Shown piece by piece: positions 29,356 to 40,130 of a stretch of DNA of 64,000 nt. Source of the stretch: Halarcobacter sp. (GTDB taxonomy: Bacteria > Campylobacterota > Campylobacteria > Campylobacterales > Arcobacteraceae); contig CP182352.1 in assembly GCA_048571215.1 (NCBI GenBank), positions 3,488,001 through 3,552,000 of the forward strand, written 5' to 3'. The notes under the pieces are model-generated. The model saw nothing but the letters and a program-made list of their open reading frames with translations, did not search any database and was not told the origin of the DNA. How positions within the stretch are numbered: the first letter of the stretch is position 1; each line of letters begins with the position of its first letter. A program made the translations under genes and the position numbers.

Positions 29356-30043
29356 TTTTAATAATCAAATGCCACCTGAACATATTGCAATAATTATGGA
29401 TGGAAATGGTCGTTGGGCAAAAGAAAGAGGATTAAAAAGAACAGCTGGACATGAAGAGGGTGCCAAAGTTGTAAGGGAAATTACAACCCATTGTTCAAAT
29501 ATTGGAGTAAAGTATTTAACATTATATGCTTTTTCAACAGAAAATTGGAGTAGGCCAAAACTAGAAGTTGAGTTTCTAATGAAGCTTTTAGATAGATATT
29601 TAAAAAATGAATTACCATTATATTTAAAAAATAGTGTTAAATTTAAGGCTATAGGAGATATCTCTAAGTTTTCTAAATCTTTGCAAAAGACTATAAGAGA
29701 CACAGAAGAGAAAACAAAAAATGGAAATAAACTAACTCAAATTTTAGCTTTAAATTATGGTTCTCAAGATGAGATATTAAGAGCTATTAAACTTTTAGAT
29801 GAAAAAAAATTAGAGATTACAAAAGAGAATTTTGAAAGTTGTTTAGATACGGCAGGAGTTTCCCCTGTTGATATGTTGATTAGAACAAGTGGTGAGGTTC
29901 GATTGTCAAACTATCTTTTGTGGCAAAATGCCTATGCTGAGATGTTTTTTATAGATACCTATTGGCCTGAGTTTAGACCTTCTATATTAGATGATTTAAT
30001 TAGTGATTTTAATAATAGAGAGAGACGATTTGGAGGTATTTAG
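29348..30043 (+). CDS. uppS: Undecaprenyl diphosphate synthase
   Basis: HIAIIMDGNGRWA, YAFSTENW, IRTSGEVRLSNYLLWQ, RRFGG. Confidence 0.97.
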   Translation: MNNFNNQMPPEHIAIIMDGNGRWAKERGLKRTAGHEEGAKVVREITTHCSNIGVKYLTLYAFSTENWSRPKLEVEFLMKLLDRYLKNELPLYLKNSVKFKAIGDISKFSKSLQKTIRDTEEKTKNGNKLTQILALNYGSQDEILRAIKLLDEKKLEITKENFESCLDTAGVSPVDMLIRTSGEVRLSNYLLWQNAYAEMFFIDTYWPEFRPSILDDLISDFNNRERRFGGI

Positions 30044-30791
30044 TTTTATTTTTGGTTTATTGTTTGGGTCATTTTTAAATGTACTAATAATAAGATTACC
30101 CCAAAACTTATCTTTTGTGAAACCTAGAAGTTATTGTCCAAAATGTAAACATCAAATCTCTTGGTATCACAATATCCCTGTTTTTTCTTTTTTCTTTTTA
30201 AAAGGTAAATGTGCTTATTGTAGTGAAAAAATCTCAATACAATACCCAATAGTGGAACTTATTACTGCTTTTGTAAGCTTGGCTTTATATGTGAAATTAG
30301 GATTTAGTTTAGAGTTTTTATTTTCTTTAATATTTTTTTATACTTTGATAGTTTTGTCTTTTATAGATTTTGAGTATAAAGCAGTACCAGACTATTTACT
30401 TTTAATAGCTTTTATAAGCTCTTTTTTCTTTTCCTCTTTTTCTATTATAGATATGTTTAAGTATGCTTTCTTATTTTCTGGGGCCTTTGTGATTTTAAAT
30501 TTTTTATTAACTTTTTATATCCAAAATATAAAAGCAAAAATAAAAAAAGATGAAAGTTTAAAAGAACAAGAAGCATTAGGGGAGGGCGATATTCCTATAA
30601 TTGCAGCTATTGGTATACTTTTGGGAGTTAAAGGTGCACTTATCGCAATATTTTTATCAGCATTTTTTGCTATAATACCCTCAATCTATTTTAGTTTTGT
30701 AAAAAAAGATATTCAAACTCCATTTATTCCATATTTATCACTGGGACTTGCTGTTGAGTATTTTTTTGGTATCTCAAAGGTTTTTCATTGA
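30030..30791 (+). CDS. pilD: Prepilin peptidase (A24 family)
   Basis: GSFLNV..RLP, CPKC, CAYC, ID...VPD, GEGD, PFIPYL. Probable TTG start at 30030. Confidence 0.9.
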   Translation: MEVFSFIFGLLFGSFLNVLIIRLPQNLSFVKPRSYCPKCKHQISWYHNIPVFSFFFLKGKCAYCSEKISIQYPIVELITAFVSLALYVKLGFSLEFLFSLIFFYTLIVLSFIDFEYKAVPDYLLLIAFISSFFFSSFSIIDMFKYAFLFSGAFVILNFLLTFYIQNIKAKIKKDESLKEQEALGEGDIPIIAAIGILLGVKGALIAIFLSAFFAIIPSIYFSFVKKDIQTPFIPYLSLGLAVEYFFGISKVFH

Positions 30792-31804
30792 AATTAAAGC
30801 AATATTTATTAAGTCAACTATCATACACTTTTTTCCCAATTTTTTTAGCTTTATATTTTATAACTTCAATTATATTTTTAGTAAAGATTGCAGCTTTGAC
30901 TTCTATTATTACAATAGATATATTTGAATTATTTAAGCTTTATATGTATGTTATTCCTACAATTATATTTTTTACTATGCCAACCTCATTTTTTATCTCT
31001 TTAGTTATAACTTTAACTAAATTGTCAAATGAATATGAGCTTATTGTTATAACCTCATTTGGTTTAAATCCCATAAGAATTATGAAGATATTTTTACCTA
31101 TTACACTTTTTTTAACTATCTCCTTACTTGTTATATCTGTAGGACTTATTCCAAAAGCAAAGTTTTTAAATCAACAGTTTTTAGACCAAAAGAAAAAAGA
31201 GGCAAATTTTAATATTAAAGCCTCTGAATTTGGTCAAAAGTTTGGGGATTGGTTGATATATATAAGTCAAAAAGAGGATAAAGATTACAAAGATATAGTG
31301 CTTTTTAAAACAGATGGAAAACAAGATGAATTTATTATGTCTCAAAAAGCTTCTTTACAAAATGAGCAGGGGGAACTTAGTTTTAAACTTTTTGAGGGGA
31401 AAAGTTTTAATATAACTGAAAATGAGTTAAATCAAATAGAGTATAAAACTATGCAAATCAATGATTCTATTACAAATAAAAATGATAGATTTTTTAGTAC
31501 CTCATATAACTATTGGAAAACTTTACTTTCTAATGGAGCAGGAGTTGATAAATTCACTTATTATATATTAACTTCAATTTTTCCACTTATATCACTGTTT
31601 TTAGTGGTAAGCTTTGGGTATTTTAATCCTAGGTATGAAAAAAGTAGAGCTATTACTTTTAGTTTAATATCTATTATAATATATTATATTTTTATTAAAA
31701 TATTAAGTGATAACTTACTTCTACACTCTTTATATTTGGTTCCATTCTTATGGCTTGTTGGTACCTATATTTTATATAGAAAAAAAATAAAACCCCAATA
31801 TTAA
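30788..31804 (+). CDS. lptF: LptF/LptG family LPS export permease
   Basis: Three TM segments, a periplasmic domain and three more TM segments; LS.EYELIV..SFG.NP motif. Confidence 0.85.
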   Translation: MKLKQYLLSQLSYTFFPIFLALYFITSIIFLVKIAALTSIITIDIFELFKLYMYVIPTIIFFTMPTSFFISLVITLTKLSNEYELIVITSFGLNPIRIMKIFLPITLFLTISLLVISVGLIPKAKFLNQQFLDQKKKEANFNIKASEFGQKFGDWLIYISQKEDKDYKDIVLFKTDGKQDEFIMSQKASLQNEQGELSFKLFEGKSFNITENELNQIEYKTMQINDSITNKNDRFFSTSYNYWKTLLSNGAGVDKFTYYILTSIFPLISLFLVVSFGYFNPRYEKSRAITFSLISIIIYYIFIKILSDNLLLHSLYLVPFLWLVGTYILYRKKIKPQY

Positions 31805-31806
31805 AA

Positions 31807-32529
31807 ATGAATGCTAAATTTACTATTTCATATGATGGAACTAAGTTTTTAGGCAGTCAAACCCAAGCAAATGGATTAAGTGTTGAAGATAAAATTCAAG
31901 AGGCTTTTAAATCCATAAATATAGAAACAAAGATAATACTAAGTGGAAGAACAGATAGAGATGTTCATGCTACAGGGCAAGTATTTAATTGTATTCTTCC
32001 CAAGTTTTGGAGTGATTTTACAAAATTAAAAAAAGTTTTAAATAAACATCTTCCAAATCAAATTAGAATTAAAAATATAAAAAGTGTTCCTAAAGAGTTT
32101 CATTCAAGGTTCCATGCAAAAAAAAGAGTTTATAGATATATAGTTACAAATAAAGAGCTTAGTGCTTTTAATTGTAATTATATCTCATATAATAAAAATA
32201 TAAATGAAGAAAAAATTAAAGAGGCTATAAAAGAGTATATTGGAGTTCATGACTTTGAGTATTTTCATAAAATAGGTAGTGATAAAGATAATACTGTAAG
32301 GGAAGTTTATGATGCTAAGTTTTATAAATATAAAGATATTTATGTTTTTAAGTTTACGGCAAACTCATATTTACGATCACAAATTAGACTTATGGTAGGT
32401 TTCTTATTAGCTATTAGTGATAAAAAAGCTACCCTAGAAGATTTAAAAAGTCAGTTAGCAAAAAAGAAAAAAGTATTTAGAATGCCAGCTTCCCCTTATG
32501 GCTTATATCTATCGCGGGTATATTACTAA
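31807..32529 (+). CDS. truA: tRNA pseudouridine(38-40) synthase
   Basis: YDGT.F.G.Q, SGRTDRDVHATGQV, FHSRF, G.HDF, GLYL. Confidence 0.96.
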   Translation: MNAKFTISYDGTKFLGSQTQANGLSVEDKIQEAFKSINIETKIILSGRTDRDVHATGQVFNCILPKFWSDFTKLKKVLNKHLPNQIRIKNIKSVPKEFHSRFHAKKRVYRYIVTNKELSAFNCNYISYNKNINEEKIKEAIKEYIGVHDFEYFHKIGSDKDNTVREVYDAKFYKYKDIYVFKFTANSYLRSQIRLMVGFLLAISDKKATLEDLKSQLAKKKKVFRMPASPYGLYLSRVYY

Positions 32530-35102
32530 TGTTACGAAAAAGAAGATTTTATACTTTACAAGATATTAGAAAACATATAGTATATACCCCTTTAATTTTT
32601 GTTTTTTTAACTGCAATTATCTCAATTCTAGTAATAATATCTATACAAAATTTTCAAAAAAACAATGAAATAAATCTATACAAACAAAAAGAATCATATA
32701 AAAAAACCCAAATATTAGCACAATATATAAATGATGTAAAATTTAATTCAAGTGCAATGTTTGATAAAAATGAGAAAATATTAAACAATGCAGTTATCTC
32801 TTTAAAAGCTCTAATTGAGCATTCACCTATCAAGTTAGATTTAAATTTTTTAATAAAAAAGATAAAAGAGTTTGAAAAAGATACTCATCTAGATTTTGTT
32901 TTATTTAATAAAAAAAGTTTAAAAGTTTTATATGGTGAACCAAGTATTGATTATCTAAAAACTATTACAAATTCAAGAATCAATATGAAAAAATTTAAAT
33001 TTCATATGTTAGAGAGTATCGCATATATAAGTGATGATAATTTGATTTATTGGATTGATAATCAAAAAAGAAAGATAAGACTGAGTTATTTTAAAGGGAT
33101 AAAAAATAGCAATTGGTTTTTAGGGGCCTTTTCAAAGATTGATGATATGAAGTATTTAACACAGAGTGTTATTTTAGATTCTATTATGAAAAAAAGTAAA
33201 TATTATGAAAATAGCTATTTTTGGTTTTATGATTATGGCTCAAAAAAGGTTTTTAATTATTTTAATAATGAAAAAACATTTAGTGTTGATGAGATTCTAA
33301 AAAAAGATAAAAGTGCATATGCAAATAGAATTTTAATAAAATATTTAAAAAGTGAAAAAGAGTTTGAGGATGTATATGATTTTAAAAAATATAGTTTTTT
33401 AGTTTCTATAAAAAGTAATGAAATTGACAAAATGATTAAAAAAATAGATAAAGAGTATGAATCAAAATTTAGAATCTCAGCAGCTATTGTTATTTTAATC
33501 TCACTTTTTTTGATTGTAGCTTCATTTATTTTTTCGAGGTTTATTAATACAATTTTCTATAGATACAATAAAAGAATAGAAACAAAAAATAAGATGTATA
33601 AAAAGTGGAAAGATAGATATGAACTTGCGATTATCGCTTCAAATGATGGTCTTTGGGATGTGGATTTAGAGACAAATGAGATTTATTTTTCTAAAAAATG
33701 GCTAGAGATGTTTGGTTATGAAGCCTCAGATATAAAAAATATTGATGGATGGTTAAACTTGATTCACCCAGAAGATAAACTTTTAGTTAAAGAGAAGTTA
33801 AAAAATCATTTCAAAGGTAAAAGCTCCCATTTTATTTGTGAATATAGAATTAAAGATAAAAACAATAGATATAAATGGATATTAGTAAGAGGAAAAGCCT
33901 TTAAAGATGAAAAACATTCTAAAAAAAGAATGTTAATGATGTCTATGGATATTCAAGAAAGAAAAAGATTAATAAAAGAGTTAAAATATGTTGATTTATT
34001 GGTAGAATATGGAAGAATAGTTATTTTTAAGTGGAAAAATGATGATAGTTTAACTGTAAATTATGTATCAAAAAGTATAAGCTCTTATGGGTATAGTGTA
34101 GAAGAGTTTGAAAATCAAGAGATTAGATATTTTGACTTTGTATATGAAGAGGATATAAAAAACTTTCTTGAACAATTAAATAAAGCAATAAACAATAATG
34201 AAAAGTCATTTACTCATGTTTATAGGGTTAGAGATAAAAACAATACTTTGCGATGGGTTTTTAATAGAACAATTTTTTTAAAAGATGATTTTGGAAATAT
34301 CACTCATTTGTATGGATATATAAATGATATTACTCAAATGAAACTTACCGAGCAAGAGTTAAAAGATAAAATTGAACAAGAGGTTTTAAAAAATACTGAA
34401 AAAGATAGACTTTTAGTTCATCAAAGTAAATTAGCAGCAATGGGAGAGATGCTTGGAAGTATAGCTCACCAATGGAGACAGCCTTTAAATAATATCAATC
34501 TACTAACATATTTTATAAGAGATAATTTTGAGAAGTTTACCAAAGAACAAATGGATAATACAACAGCAGATATAAATAGACAAATCGATTATATGTCTCA
34601 TACTATTGATGATTTTAGAAATTTTTATCAACCAAATAAGGATAAAGTTAAATTTGATGTAAAAGAGGCTATAGAATCAAGTGCAAAAATAACATCAACC
34701 CAGTTTGAACAAAACGATATATCTCTGAAGATATCAGGTGATGATATACAGATAATAAATTTTCAAAATGAGTTTCAACAAGTTATATTAAATATCTTAA
34801 ACAATGCCATTGATGCAGCACAAATAAAAAAACAAAATAAAGATTTTGATGCTTTAGTGAAAATAGATGTTAAAAGAGTTGAAGATAAGATTATAATAGA
34901 GATAGTTAATAATTGTGGAAAAGCTAGTGATAATGTATTGGAAAGAATGTTTGAACCATATTTTACTACAAAGTTTGAAAACCAAGGTACGGGAATAGGT
35001 TTATATATGACAAAAACAATTATAGAAAAAAATATGAATGGTACAATTGAAGCTGAAAATTATAAAGATGGAGTTCTTTTTAAAATTAATTTACCACTTT
35101 AA
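32529..35102 (+). CDS. Membrane sensor histidine kinase with two PAS domains
   Basis: Two TMs, PAS (DGLWD, IHPED), IAHQWRQPL H-box, FEPYFTTK, GTGIGL. Confidence 0.93.
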   Translation: MLRKRRFYTLQDIRKHIVYTPLIFVFLTAIISILVIISIQNFQKNNEINLYKQKESYKKTQILAQYINDVKFNSSAMFDKNEKILNNAVISLKALIEHSPIKLDLNFLIKKIKEFEKDTHLDFVLFNKKSLKVLYGEPSIDYLKTITNSRINMKKFKFHMLESIAYISDDNLIYWIDNQKRKIRLSYFKGIKNSNWFLGAFSKIDDMKYLTQSVILDSIMKKSKYYENSYFWFYDYGSKKVFNYFNNEKTFSVDEILKKDKSAYANRILIKYLKSEKEFEDVYDFKKYSFLVSIKSNEIDKMIKKIDKEYESKFRISAAIVILISLFLIVASFIFSRFINTIFYRYNKRIETKNKMYKKWKDRYELAIIASNDGLWDVDLETNEIYFSKKWLEMFGYEASDIKNIDGWLNLIHPEDKLLVKEKLKNHFKGKSSHFICEYRIKDKNNRYKWILVRGKAFKDEKHSKKRMLMMSMDIQERKRLIKELKYVDLLVEYGRIVIFKWKNDDSLTVNYVSKSISSYGYSVEEFENQEIRYFDFVYEEDIKNFLEQLNKAINNNEKSFTHVYRVRDKNNTLRWVFNRTIFLKDDFGNITHLYGYINDITQMKLTEQELKDKIEQEVLKNTEKDRLLVHQSKLAAMGEMLGSIAHQWRQPLNNINLLTYFIRDNFEKFTKEQMDNTTADINRQIDYMSHTIDDFRNFYQPNKDKVKFDVKEAIESSAKITSTQFEQNDISLKISGDDIQIINFQNEFQQVILNILNNAIDAAQIKKQNKDFDALVKIDVKRVEDKIIIEIVNNCGKASDNVLERMFEPYFTTKFENQGTGIGLYMTKTIIEKNMNGTIEAENYKDGVLFKINLPL

Positions 35103-35147
35103 AAAAACTTTTTTGTTATAATACTACAAATTATATGGGATAAGATT

Positions 35148-35873
35148 ATGAAAAAATATATTACAAGAGTTTTACTTGTTGAAGATGAAGATGTAGCAAG
35201 AAAAACTTTATCATTTTATTTAAATACGATTTTTGATGAGGTTGTAACTGCATGTGATGGAAATGAAGCAAATATGATATATAAGAAAAACTTTAACGAA
35301 AAGAAAAGTTTTGATTTAGTACTAACTGATCTTAAAATGCCAAATAAAGATGGTATCACTATGATTGATGAGATTAGAGAGTTAGTGCCAAACCAAAGGT
35401 TTATTATAGTTAGTGCCCACAAAAATGAAGATGATTTACTCAAACTTATCAACTTAAGAGTACTAGGTTATTTTGTAAAACCTTTAAATATTGATAATAT
35501 GATGGAGATGTTAAAAAAAGCAAAAGAGGAAGTTCTAGCAGATAATAACAGCAGCCTAGAAGAGGAAAATAACTTATTAACATTAAATAGTAGATATACC
35601 TATGATAAATTAAACAATAAGCTCTACAATGAACAAAATATAGTTAAATTATCAAAAAAAGAGTTAGATATCTTAATGGTTTTGATTAATCATCTAGGCG
35701 AAGTAGTTCCCGTTGAAAAGTTTAAAGAGGTTGTTTGGGATGATATAAATACAAATGATTCTGCTTTTAGAACGGTTATGAAAAGATTAAAAGATAAGGT
35801 TAAAGAAGACGATTTTATAATCTCTCATAAGGGTTTTGGTTATATTATTGAAAAGAAACTTGTAAAAAATTAA
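35148..35873 (+). CDS. OmpR-family response regulator
   Basis: LLVEDE, TDLKMP, YFVKP, winged-helix C terminus with KGFGY. Confidence 0.93.
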   Translation: MKKYITRVLLVEDEDVARKTLSFYLNTIFDEVVTACDGNEANMIYKKNFNEKKSFDLVLTDLKMPNKDGITMIDEIRELVPNQRFIIVSAHKNEDDLLKLINLRVLGYFVKPLNIDNMMEMLKKAKEEVLADNNSSLEEENNLLTLNSRYTYDKLNNKLYNEQNIVKLSKKELDILMVLINHLGEVVPVEKFKEVVWDDINTNDSAFRTVMKRLKDKVKEDDFIISHKGFGYIIEKKLVKN

Positions 35874-35878
35874 TCTAT

Positions 35879-35903
35879 AAAAGAGACGAAAATCGTCTCT
35901 TTT
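35879..35903. terminator. Bidirectional intrinsic terminator
   Basis: AAAAGAGACG-AAAAT-CGTCTCTTTT between convergent genes. Confidence 0.8.
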
Positions 35904-38010
35904 ATATTTTCTCTTCTAAAGGTTTTCCACCTCTTTTTTGAAAAATATACATCCCTACAAAGATTGCTATACCTATTACATATGATAAATAGTGTGACGG
36001 AAGAGCTAAATGTGCTTCTATAATTTTTGGTAAAAACATAAAAGGTACAATAGCTAAAAATATAAATCTTTCTATAACATTTATTTTTTTGACAAAATAC
36101 CCTTGCGTAAAGCATGAGAATGCCATCATCCCAATAAATGCAGTTGTAAAGATTATAGCTATTTCTATAGGATTAGTTATCCATACCCAACCATCTGGGT
36201 TTGCTGGATTTAGTGGGTCAACTTCTGAGATAAGTAGAAGTTCTGAGTTAAAAAAGAACATAAAAGGTAATATGGCTGTTCTAATATCATATTTGAACCC
36301 TTGAATACCAGTTTTAATTGGATCTGCTTTTGCAATACCCGCAGCAGCATAGGCTGCAAGTCCAACAGGTGGGGTGTCATCTGCTAAGATACCAAAATAA
36401 AATACAAATAGATGAGCTGCAATAGCAGGTACTAAGTATCCATTATCTTGTGCTAAGATTAAGATTACAGGTGCTGTTAAAGATGCCATTACTATATAGT
36501 TAGCAGTTGTAGGAAGACCCATTCCTAAGATTAGTGAAATAAGACCTGCTAAAATAAGGATAATAAAAATATTTCCATCTGATAATGTTTCTATCACATC
36601 TAGTAAAACTTGTCCAAGTCCTGTTAATGTTATGGAACCAACAACAATACCAGCTAAAGCAGTTGCTATTGCTATTGGAATCATATTTTTAGCACCACTA
36701 ATCATTCCTGCTAAAATATCTACAAACCCAGACAATAATACATCTCTTGTGATTTTTTCTTTTGCTAAAAAGGCCCTAAATGGATGTTGCACTACCATAA
36801 GAAGCATTAAAAGCATAATAGCATTATATGCAGCACTAGCAGCACTTTCCCTTAAAACCATCAAGGTAAAGAGCAAGAAAAATATTGGTATTAGATAGTG
36901 AATACCTCTTATAAAAGTTTTAAATTTTGGAGGAAGATCCTCTTTATCCATCCCTTTTAGTCCAAGCTTTAAAGCTTCTAAATGCACAATATAAAAAAGT
37001 GCAAAATATGAAACAAAAGCAGGTATAAAAGCTGCAAAAATTACATCTGTATATGATAGACCTAAAAATTCTGCAATAATAAAAGCTGCTGCACCCATTA
37101 CCGGAGGCATTAATTGACCATTAGTGGAAGCTGCAACTTCAACGGCACCTGCTTGTTCAGGTCTAAACCCAGTACGCTTCATAAGTGGAATTGTAAAAGT
37201 ACCTGTAGTAACAGTATTAGCAATAGATGAACCACTCATAATCCCCGTAAAACCTGAGGCTACAACAGCAGCTTTTGCTGGACCACCTCTAAATCTTCCA
37301 AGTAGAGAAAACGCAAGATTGATAAAATATTCTCCAGCTCCTGCTTTATCTAAAAGTGAACCAAAAAGTACAAATAGAAATACAAAACCAGTTGAAACTC
37401 CTAAAGGTACCCCAAAAATTCCCTCTGTTGTTAAAAACATATGGCCTGCAAGTTTATTCAAGCTGGCACCCTTATGGATAATAAGTTCGGGCATATATGG
37501 ACCTAAAATATCATAAGAGATAAAAACAATTGCAATGATTGAAAGGGCAAGACCAAGTACTCTTCTTCCTGCTTCTAATAGTATAACTATACCAATTAGG
37601 GCAACAATAATATCTACTTGTGTGTAATCTCCTGGTCTTAAAGCTAAATCTTCAAAGAAAAAAGCAATATATCCTGCTGTACAAAGTCCTATTGCTGCTA
37701 GGGTATAACCAAACCACCTTATCTTTTTCAAAAAATATTCTCTTCTCATCATTGGGTAAATCATAAAAGCTAAAAGTAAAGCAAAAGATAGGTGTATAGA
37801 CCTAGATATGGTAGAGTTTGTTGGTTCTATTACAATATATAATTGAAACAAAGACCACACTAAAGCTATTGTAGAGATAATCCAAAATTCATAATGTTCT
37901 TTCCCAAAGACTCTTTGTCCTTCAAGTTCATTTAAAACCTTTCTAGATTCCTCTGCTTGTTCATCCTCAAGTTCTTTTAATGTATGGGGTTTTTCGTGAT
38001 AAATATCCAT
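35902..38010 (-). CDS. TRAP transporter fused 4TM/12TM permease (TAXI type)
   Basis: GIFGVPLGVS, GGPAKAAVVAS, EVAASTNGQLMPPVMGAAAF, GMGLPTTA, DDTPPV. Confidence 0.95.
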   Translation of the reverse strand: MDIYHEKPHTLKELEDEQAEESRKVLNELEGQRVFGKEHYEFWIISTIALVWSLFQLYIVIEPTNSTISRSIHLSFALLLAFMIYPMMRREYFLKKIRWFGYTLAAIGLCTAGYIAFFFEDLALRPGDYTQVDIIVALIGIVILLEAGRRVLGLALSIIAIVFISYDILGPYMPELIIHKGASLNKLAGHMFLTTEGIFGVPLGVSTGFVFLFVLFGSLLDKAGAGEYFINLAFSLLGRFRGGPAKAAVVASGFTGIMSGSSIANTVTTGTFTIPLMKRTGFRPEQAGAVEVAASTNGQLMPPVMGAAAFIIAEFLGLSYTDVIFAAFIPAFVSYFALFYIVHLEALKLGLKGMDKEDLPPKFKTFIRGIHYLIPIFFLLFTLMVLRESAASAAYNAIMLLMLLMVVQHPFRAFLAKEKITRDVLLSGFVDILAGMISGAKNMIPIAIATALAGIVVGSITLTGLGQVLLDVIETLSDGNIFIILILAGLISLILGMGLPTTANYIVMASLTAPVILILAQDNGYLVPAIAAHLFVFYFGILADDTPPVGLAAYAAAGIAKADPIKTGIQGFKYDIRTAILPFMFFFNSELLLISEVDPLNPANPDGWVWITNPIEIAIIFTTAFIGMMAFSCFTQGYFVKKINVIERFIFLAIVPFMFLPKIIEAHLALPSHYLSYVIGIAIFVGMYIFQKRGGKPLEEKI

Positions 38011-38079
38011 AATATCTTCCTTGTGAATTTTATTATATGTAATTTAATTGTGGCAAAATCATATATAATAAAACAGTCT

Positions 38080-38104
38080 ATTCAAAGGCGTAAAGCCTTT
38101 GAAT
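38080..38104 (-). terminator. Hairpin after the TAXI binding-protein gene (attenuator or mRNA stabiliser)
   Basis: ATTCAAAGGC-GTAAA-GCCTTTGAAT. Confidence 0.6.
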
Positions 38105-38113
38105 TAGTTTAGA

Positions 38114-39085
38114 TTATAATAATCCAGCCTCTTTAAAGTATTTTTTTGCACCTTCATGTAAAGGAGCACTTAAACCATCAAGTAATGATTTTTTTGTAAT
38201 ATTAGCATATGCAGGATGAAGTTTTTTGAAAGCATCAAAGTTTTCTAAAATTGCTTTTACTAATGTATATACCGCTTTATCACTTACATCTGTACTTGAA
38301 ACTAAAACAGCTTTTACACCAAATGTAGGAACAGGAGTATCAACACCTCTATAGATTCCAGCAGGAACATCAGCTTGTGCAAAGTATGGATTTGCTTTTA
38401 CAAACTTATCAACTACAGGACCATTTATAGGAGTGATTCTAATATCAACTGAGTTTGATGCATCTTTAATATTTGCAGTTGGATGTCCAACCATGTAGAA
38501 ATATCCATCAATTTTATTATCTCTTAAAGCATCAGGTGCTTCACCAGCTTTTAAAACCCCAGCAAATGCTAAATCATCTTTACTAATGCCAATTGCTTTA
38601 AATAGTGCTAAAGCTGTTGCTTCATTACCACTTCCTGGATTTCCTAAATTGATTCTTTTCCCTTTAACATCCATTATACTTTTGATACCAGCTTCTTTTC
38701 TTGTAACTAAAGTAAATAGTTCAGGATAGATAGCCATTACAGATCTAAGTTTTTTAACAGGTTCACCTTTAAATTTCTTTTGACCATTTGCAGCTTGATA
38801 TACAACATCAGATTGTGCAATACCAAAATCTAATTCACCATTTTTGATTGTGTTAATATTGTATACAGAACCACCAGTTGATTCAACAGAACATCTGATT
38901 TTTGTCTCTTTTTTATACTTATTAACAAGTCTACATACTGCACCACCTGTTGGATAGTAAGTACCTGTTACACTACCTGTACCGATAGTAATAAATTCAG
39001 CAGCAAAAGCTGGAATAGTTAATGCAGAAGCTACAACAGCAGCTGCAATCTTTTTACCCATAGGGATCCCATTTATTCTCAACAT
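38114..39085 (-). CDS. TAXI-family TRAP solute-binding protein
   Basis: Signal peptide; IGTGSVTGTYYPTGG, STGGSVYN, AQSDV, PLHEGAKKYF. Start may be 39061. Confidence 0.95.
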   Translation of the reverse strand: MLRINGIPMGKKIAAAVVASALTIPAFAAEFITIGTGSVTGTYYPTGGAVCRLVNKYKKETKIRCSVESTGGSVYNINTIKNGELDFGIAQSDVVYQAANGQKKFKGEPVKKLRSVMAIYPELFTLVTRKEAGIKSIMDVKGKRINLGNPGSGNEATALALFKAIGISKDDLAFAGVLKAGEAPDALRDNKIDGYFYMVGHPTANIKDASNSVDIRITPINGPVVDKFVKANPYFAQADVPAGIYRGVDTPVPTFGVKAVLVSSTDVSDKAVYTLVKAILENFDAFKKLHPAYANITKKSLLDGLSAPLHEGAKKYFKEAGLL

Positions 39086-39250
39086 ATTATCTCCTTTTGA
39101 TATAGATTAAGCTAATTAAAGTTTAATTGTGAATAATAAACACAATTACTAGTCAAAAGTATAACATAGTTATATAAAAGTTGTATAAAAATTTCAACTA
39201 ATAAAATTTATATATACAAAATATATAAAAAATTTTTTTATAAAAAAGAC

Positions 39251-39279
39251 TTGACATTTACACACTCATATAGTATAAT
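39251..39279 (+). promoter_or_regulatory. Consensus sigma70 promoter of hrcA-grpE-dnaK
   Basis: TTGACA-17 bp-TATAAT. Confidence 0.88.
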
Positions 39280-39283
39280 CATT

Positions 39284-39310
39284 TTAGCAGTTTAAGATTA
39301 GAAGTGCTAA
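39284..39310 (+). promoter_or_regulatory. CIRCE operator (HrcA site)
   Basis: TTAGCAGTT-N9-AAGTGCTAA versus consensus TTAGCACTC-N9-GAGTGCTAA, directly upstream of hrcA. Confidence 0.85.
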
Positions 39311-39320
39311 AATATAAAAA

Positions 39321-40121
39321 GTGAATATGAAAATGGACAAAAAAGAGTTTTTATTACACTCAATTATTAAAGCATATATTGAGCATTTAGAACCAATTGG
39401 ATCATCTCAATTGAAATCTATGTATGATATTACATATTCACCTGCAACTATTAGAGGTTACTTTAAAAAGTTAGGTGATGAAGGATTTTTAGCTCAAGAG
39501 CATGTAAGTAGTGGGAGAACTCCAACTACTGAAGCTTTAAAGCTTTATTGGAATGAGAAAATAGATTTTAAGTTAGACTTTGTTGATGAGAAGGCAATAG
39601 AATATTTTGCACACGAAATAGGTTTATCTGTTTTTTTACAAGAACAAAAATCTGATGTGTTGAAAAATATTTTGAATGTTGAAAACAGATATATGATATT
39701 GGAGTTTTCTTCTTTTGCCATAACAGTAAAGTTTACTGATCCCTTGTATAGATTTTTAAATGATATGGTAGGTTTGGAGCTTACACATATTGTTAATATA
39801 TCTAAACAAGTTGGAGCAATTGAGATTTATGAGAAGGTTAGTCAATATTTGCAAAATAAGAATTTTCATATTTATAATACAAAAGAGTTTTTCTCTTTAG
39901 CACTTAATTATAACTTTGACGAAAGAAGTATTAACTCTTTTTTAAAAGGTAGAATTTTAGACTCAATTGATGAAGGTTTGTATTTTGATAATATAATTCC
40001 ACAAGGGTACATCGCTATTTGTCATAATTGTAAAATACAAAATATAGACACTAAGATGTTAGTTGTTGGAGAATTATCAAAAGATTATGAATATTTCTAT
40101 AATAAAATTAGTATGGTTTAG
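39321..40121 (+). CDS. hrcA: Heat-inducible transcription repressor
   Basis: II..YI...EPIGS, SPATIR...L.DEG.L.Q.H.SSGR.PT; lies upstream of grpE-dnaK. Confidence 0.9.
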   Translation: MNMKMDKKEFLLHSIIKAYIEHLEPIGSSQLKSMYDITYSPATIRGYFKKLGDEGFLAQEHVSSGRTPTTEALKLYWNEKIDFKLDFVDEKAIEYFAHEIGLSVFLQEQKSDVLKNILNVENRYMILEFSSFAITVKFTDPLYRFLNDMVGLELTHIVNISKQVGAIEIYEKVSQYLQNKNFHIYNTKEFFSLALNYNFDERSINSFLKGRILDSIDEGLYFDNIIPQGYIAICHNCKIQNIDTKMLVVGELSKDYEYFYNKISMV

Positions 40122-40130
40122 GAGATTAGT

